Source: a virus. Taken from it: DNA of 64,000 bases. Shown here one piece after another: positions 60,013 to 64,000 of this stretch (its first letter is position 1; the number at the start of each line of letters is the position of its first letter). The notes below the pieces were generated by a model. It saw only the letters and a list, made by a program, of their open reading frames with translations. It ran no database searches and had not been told where the DNA came from. Both the position numbers and the translations under genes were made by a program. Location: the IMG/VR virus record IMGVR_UViG_3300031841_003468, positions 89,712-153,711 of that record, one strand, 5' to 3'.

Positions 60013-61263
60013 ATGATTAACTTAAATATTGATAGAAGAAACTTTATGCAGATTGGTGGTATATCAGCTTCTCTTTCTGCTATTGGATTGTCGGACTTGC
60101 ATGCACAAGATACTTGTCTAACCCCTGACGATAAGTCAGTAATCTGGGTTTGGTTAGGTGGTGGAGCAACACAGGTAGAAACTTTTGACCCTAAACCAAA
60201 TGCTACCTCTGATGTGCGTGCTGTTAACGGATGGACTAAAACCTCTGGAGACTATTTGATTGGTGCTGACTGGGCTAATTTAGCTACTGTCGGCGATAAA
60301 ATGACTGTTGTTAGATCTTTCTCTCATGGCAACTCTAGCCACCGAACTGCAACACACTGGGTAATGACAGGTCATAATAGTACTGATAACACACCTCAGT
60401 CGCCTGCTCAGGAACCCTCTTATGGTTCTATTATATCTAATATGTATGGCTCAAACCACCCGTTTAGTGGAATGCCCTCTTATGTTAGAGTTAATAACAT
60501 TACTTTTGATGAAGCAGCTTGGTTAGGCTCCGTATATAAGCCGTATGAAGCCACAGGAGAAGGCGTAAAGAACTTACAGTTAAAGATCAAGGAAGATATG
60601 TTCAATCGTAGAGCAGACCTCCTGAAGGGACTGGACACCCTTAAAAGGGGAATAGACACGGGTGCTGATGACTGGGCTGACTTGAGAAAGCAGTCATATA
60701 ACATGATACTTGGTAATATAGCTAAGGCATTTGACATTAAGAATGAAAAGCCGGAGACTATTGAGAAATATGGAACTGGTGTTGGTGAACAGCTCTTACT
60801 TGCTAGAAGACTAGCCGAAGCGGGTACAAAGTTTGTTACTATTCATTACGGCGGTTGGGATATGCACAGTAATATATCTACTGCCCTTAAGAGTCGTGTG
60901 CCTCCTATTGACAAGGGATTGACAGCACTTATTAATGACTTGCACGACCGAGGAAAAAACAAGGACATTTTGGTTGTTGTGACGGGTGAATTCGGCAGGA
61001 CTTATAAAATTAATGCCAATTCTGGACGTGACCACTGGCCTAAGCTATCACCACTAATGATGGCGGGTGGAAATTTTGATATGGGATATGCTCTGGGAGA
61101 ATCAACCTCAAAGGCTGAGGAACCTAAGACAGATCCATTTGGGCCAAACAATGTTACAGCCACGTTGTTTAAGCATTTTGGAATAGACCAACACACTCAA
61201 AGAGTTGATATGAACGGTCGCCCAAGGTATTTCGTAGAGGTAGGCACACGGTCTATTATATAA
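60013..61263 (+). CDS. DUF1501-family protein with twin-arginine (Tat) signal peptide
   Basis: DRRNFMQIG Tat motif; WLGGGATQVETFDPKP, LLLARRLAEAG, GGWDMH, GEFGRT and GRDHWP are DUF1501 hallmarks. Start moved to ATG 60013 (GGAG at 60002) because the listed TTG start lies inside the terminator. Confidence 0.88.
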   Translation: MINLNIDRRNFMQIGGISASLSAIGLSDLHAQDTCLTPDDKSVIWVWLGGGATQVETFDPKPNATSDVRAVNGWTKTSGDYLIGADWANLATVGDKMTVVRSFSHGNSSHRTATHWVMTGHNSTDNTPQSPAQEPSYGSIISNMYGSNHPFSGMPSYVRVNNITFDEAAWLGSVYKPYEATGEGVKNLQLKIKEDMFNRRADLLKGLDTLKRGIDTGADDWADLRKQSYNMILGNIAKAFDIKNEKPETIEKYGTGVGEQLLLARRLAEAGTKFVTIHYGGWDMHSNISTALKSRVPPIDKGLTALINDLHDRGKNKDILVVVTGEFGRTYKINANSGRDHWPKLSPLMMAGGNFDMGYALGESTSKAEEPKTDPFGPNNVTATLFKHFGIDQHTQRVDMNGRPRYFVEVGTRSII

Positions 61264-61269
61264 CTCCAT

Positions 61270-61304
61270 AAAAAAACCCCCGACTTTCGTCAGGGGCTTT
61301 CTTT
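61270..61304. terminator. Bidirectional terminator between convergent genes
   Basis: A-run, CCCCCGAC-TTTC-GTCAGGGG hairpin, T-rich tail. Confidence 0.8.
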
Positions 61305-61309
61305 AAGGC

Positions 61310-61645
61310 TTACTCTACGGACTTGGTTTTATTGTTCCACTTTGTCCAGCCACGATCAGGTAGCCATTCTCCACTCGCAGATTTGCGTTTGGGGAATAGG
61401 CCGCCACCCTTACGGTTAAGACCGTATGCTAGCTTAGCTCCACAATCCAAGCACTTGAGTTCATAGTACTGATTTCCATCATTCTCACGAACAATAAATC
61501 TCAGTTCAGTGCTGTCACACTTCCCGCAAGAACCTTCGTCGAATACTTCTTGGAAGGTAGCGAGCTGTGCAAACAATTCTCTAGGAGAATCTGCTTCAAA
61601 CTCACATGAGAGGTTGCCACTACGGTTACGGTAAGTAACTTTCAT
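61310..61645 (-). CDS. Small Zn-ribbon protein
   Basis: CGKC...CLDC motif; translationally coupled to the upstream annealing-protein gene. Confidence 0.65.
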   Translation of the reverse strand: MKVTYRNRSGNLSCEFEADSPRELFAQLATFQEVFDEGSCGKCDSTELRFIVRENDGNQYYELKCLDCGAKLAYGLNRKGGGLFPKRKSASGEWLPDRGWTKWNNKTKSVE

Positions 61646-62415
61646 TAGTCTCTCCAGTTCGGATTATAACCTTTGATTTCAGATGGGATATCTTGTGACC
61701 CATTCTGGTATTTATTGAGAATAGCCAGCATCTTACTTGCTACACTCTTAGTAACCTGCTCAATACGGTCGTAAGTACCTTCACCACTATTGATGAATGA
61801 AATTACATTGATATCGAGCTGCTTACTCTTATTGTTGATGAAGTTAATCTGCTGCACGCTTAATGATTCATCCTCATTCCATTCTCCGTCTGTAGGGGTG
61901 TTAGCTTTAACACTCTGCTGGACGATAGAAACAATGTCCTTTTTGCGTGTAAGTTCTTCAGCCGCTAGTGCTCGAATCTTCAAAGCTTTGCGTAATGCTC
62001 GGCCTTCAGCCCGTGTACTCGCTGTTGCTACAGGGTGAGCACAAAACAGGTCGTCAGTATTTCCGTGCCACACATCGGCTACTTCTGAATAACTTCTCAA
62101 CTGTCCACTATTGTTCCAGTTAAAGACAACCTTAAATACTACGGTTGCTCTACCCGGCCCATTAGGATCATTAGCAGGAAATACCTGAGTAGGGCCAGTC
62201 TCGACAATATCACCAAGCAATAGCTCAGCTACTCGTCGTAGTCCACCACAGGTAGGATTCCCGTCAAATGTTTCGTAATCATGGAAGTGACTCATAACAT
62301 ACTCGTTCCAGCCTTCTCCACCATAGGTAGGGATATTAGGATCGACTTCAGTTACAATCACATCTTGGTCGGTAACTTGTTCAAATTCAAACATTTCTGT
62401 ATTCTCTTCACTCAT
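61645..62415 (-). CDS. Rad52/Sak-like single-strand annealing protein
   Basis: ATASTRAEGRALRKALKI helix preceded by a beta-hairpin region, with a C-terminal QQINFI...ASKML helical domain. Confidence 0.6.
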   Translation of the reverse strand: MSEENTEMFEFEQVTDQDVIVTEVDPNIPTYGGEGWNEYVMSHFHDYETFDGNPTCGGLRRVAELLLGDIVETGPTQVFPANDPNGPGRATVVFKVVFNWNNSGQLRSYSEVADVWHGNTDDLFCAHPVATASTRAEGRALRKALKIRALAAEELTRKKDIVSIVQQSVKANTPTDGEWNEDESLSVQQINFINNKSKQLDINVISFINSGEGTYDRIEQVTKSVASKMLAILNKYQNGSQDIPSEIKGYNPNWRD

Positions 62416-62417
62416 TC

Positions 62418-63185
62418 TTATAACTCCACTTCGATAAGTTTCTGATCAGTAGGAAGAGAACCGCTCTCGACCTTATCAATTTGCTCTGTCACTACTTCAA
62501 GTAATCTATTTAATACAGCCAGAGTTGAATTCTTAGCCATATACTTTACTCGAATGACTGTGTATCCTTTGCTAATTAATGCACCATTCTTCGCAGCATC
62601 GTTCTTAACATAGTTTCTAAGGTGTTCTTCCCCAAAAACAGGCTCAAAATGCTGTGGGCCATCAACTTCAATCGCAATTAATTTGTCATGAATAACTAGG
62701 TCACATTCAAATGCTCCACCAACAATAGATGAATCATGCATGGTAATATTATAACCAAGACCAGTTAAGTGTTCATACAAAAATCTTTCTGCTTTAGATC
62801 CTCGCTTTCCAGCTTCGGATAAAGCAGCACCGGCAAGCCGTTGCAATTCCAGAATCTCTTCGGGACTTTTAGCTGCCCAATGATCCTGTGCGATCTGTCT
62901 ACGGCGTTCACGCTCAGACTCTGACATATCTTGCCATGCTTTTACATTCGACTGAGAGATCTTGCTTCTTGTTTCATAGCTTCTTTTAGTACCCTTAGTT
63001 GGGTGCTTAATACGTCCTGTTTCTAATGCTTTCTTTTGAGCACTAGATTTGTCACGTAACTCGACACCTTCTGACACTAGGATTCTTCTGATTTTATTTG
63101 GGTACGTATTGAAGTGCTTAGAGATAGAAAGAGTAGACTCTCCGTTCTCATACATTTCCAGTACCGTACTGATATTAATGTCCAT
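62418..63185 (-). CDS. Free-standing putative homing endonuclease (HTH + NUMOD3-like + DUF559/Vsr-like nuclease)
   Basis: N-terminal HTH, RSYETRSKIS repeat-like motif, C-terminal SKAE...CDL...IAIEVDGPQH...D..KN...GYTVIRV; ATG at 63185 with AGGA upstream. Confidence 0.75.
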   Translation of the reverse strand: MDINISTVLEMYENGESTLSISKHFNTYPNKIRRILVSEGVELRDKSSAQKKALETGRIKHPTKGTKRSYETRSKISQSNVKAWQDMSESERERRRQIAQDHWAAKSPEEILELQRLAGAALSEAGKRGSKAERFLYEHLTGLGYNITMHDSSIVGGAFECDLVIHDKLIAIEVDGPQHFEPVFGEEHLRNYVKNDAAKNGALISKGYTVIRVKYMAKNSTLAVLNRLLEVVTEQIDKVESGSLPTDQKLIEVEL

Positions 63186-63196
63186 GCTTTCTGTTC

Positions 63197-63664
63197 CTAA
63201 CAAATAGATTCTTGTAGTAGAGGCAATAGTTGATCCAGATTCCAGTCCTCTACGATACCGGCTACTGGCTTATTACAATAATTTTCGATGATTGCCTGAT
63301 GGCTCTTTGATCTTGCTATAAGTGACAGATGAGGATCTCTCATAATGTTCATTGCATAATCAAAGCTAACGATAGTTTTCAACCATTCAATGTCGAATAT
63401 ATAATAAAAAGGTATGACTGCAGAGTTGTTCTTAAGTAACGTGTCTGCCAGTTCCAATGTAGTGGCGATACCGATACCTTTGAATGTATTTAACTCAGAC
63501 AGATTCATGGTTGCAAAGCAAGGCTCGCTGGCAGGATTCGCCAAACGTTGCCAATATGCTGTTACTTGATGCTCGTTGCCTGCGGCTAACTCGTTAAAGG
63601 ACTTAACCATGCCATAAGCACATTGATTGAGTCCTAACTCAGTAACTAAACCTCCGATTTGCAT
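63197..63664 (-). CDS. Glycosyltransferase N-terminal-like (WsaF-type) single-domain protein
   Basis: IATTLELA...FYYIFDIEW resembles the AT-x-x-x-TA / Y-x-I-x-D-x-E motifs of GT-B N-terminal domains; no C-terminal nucleotide-binding domain. Confidence 0.4.
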   Translation of the reverse strand: MQIGGLVTELGLNQCAYGMVKSFNELAAGNEHQVTAYWQRLANPASEPCFATMNLSELNTFKGIGIATTLELADTLLKNNSAVIPFYYIFDIEWLKTIVSFDYAMNIMRDPHLSLIARSKSHQAIIENYCNKPVAGIVEDWNLDQLLPLLQESIC

Positions 63665-64000
63665 AAACTCACTCCGTTCGATAAATAGTAATAGAAAACT
63701 CTTCTAGGTCATTATATACTTAGGTTGGACATAATGCACACGCCCAAATCATTAAAGTTAGACATTTTCTTAGATTTTATTTCGTGTGGCTGTTTATAGG
63801 GATTATATGAGTAGCAGAAAGAATGTTTATCCCTGTCAATCTATATTTCTTACATAATTTTTATAAATAGGGGTGTGGATACACGTCTCTTTATATCAAC
63901 GTATGTTAGCGTGTACCACAGACCCCTTAGAATTGAAATTTACAGTGTCTTGTAAGTACGTGGATTACAAGCATATGGTACAAAAGTTGGTGTAGTGAAC

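Noticed and set aside
63805-63840. Sigma70 promoter on the minus strand from a TTGACA near 63839
   Set aside because: The nearest TATAAT is 26 nt away and the hexamer at 17-nt spacing is a poor -10 match.
1-64000. Stop-codon reassignment
   Set aside because: Standard-code ORFs tile the window densely, and TAA, TAG and TGA all end genes at sensible boundaries.

Overview
This AT-rich window is the virion morphogenesis region of a large tailed phage (Caudoviricetes). No sheath gene is visible and the tape measure is long, so it looks siphovirus-like. The + strand (1-61263) carries, in order: an ERCC4-type nuclease, a ClpP-like protease, the large terminase, portal, prohead protease with a nested scaffold, a decoration protein and the major capsid protein. 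These are followed by a ~14 kb fibre/adhesin block between the capsid and neck genes, the neck genes, the tail tube, two paralogous chaperone-like genes, a 2196-aa tape measure and a 3466-aa propeller/shaft protein. The tail-tip genes and a self-contained Tat-signal DUF1501 gene come last; the DUF1501 gene hints at a Planctomycetota-like host (inference). The - strand end holds a Zn-ribbon protein, a Rad52/Sak-like annealing protein, a DUF559/Vsr-like endonuclease and a glycosyltransferase-like half domain. The main observations are: (1) the tape measure is punctuated by [FY]xxGG / 'D-x-V-P-A-x-L-x-x-G-E-F-V' cassettes that bracket cargo domains, one with a PD-(D/E)xK-like signature; (2) a conserved TTGTGTAW late-promoter motif; (3) systematic synonymous avoidance of CCWGG and GGWCC; (4) a gene-duplication alternative to the gpG/gpGT frameshift; (5) a moron-like DUF1501 cassette; (6) an attenuator-like hairpin ahead of the tape measure gene. 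All product calls come from motif recognition and synteny by eye; no database searches were run.
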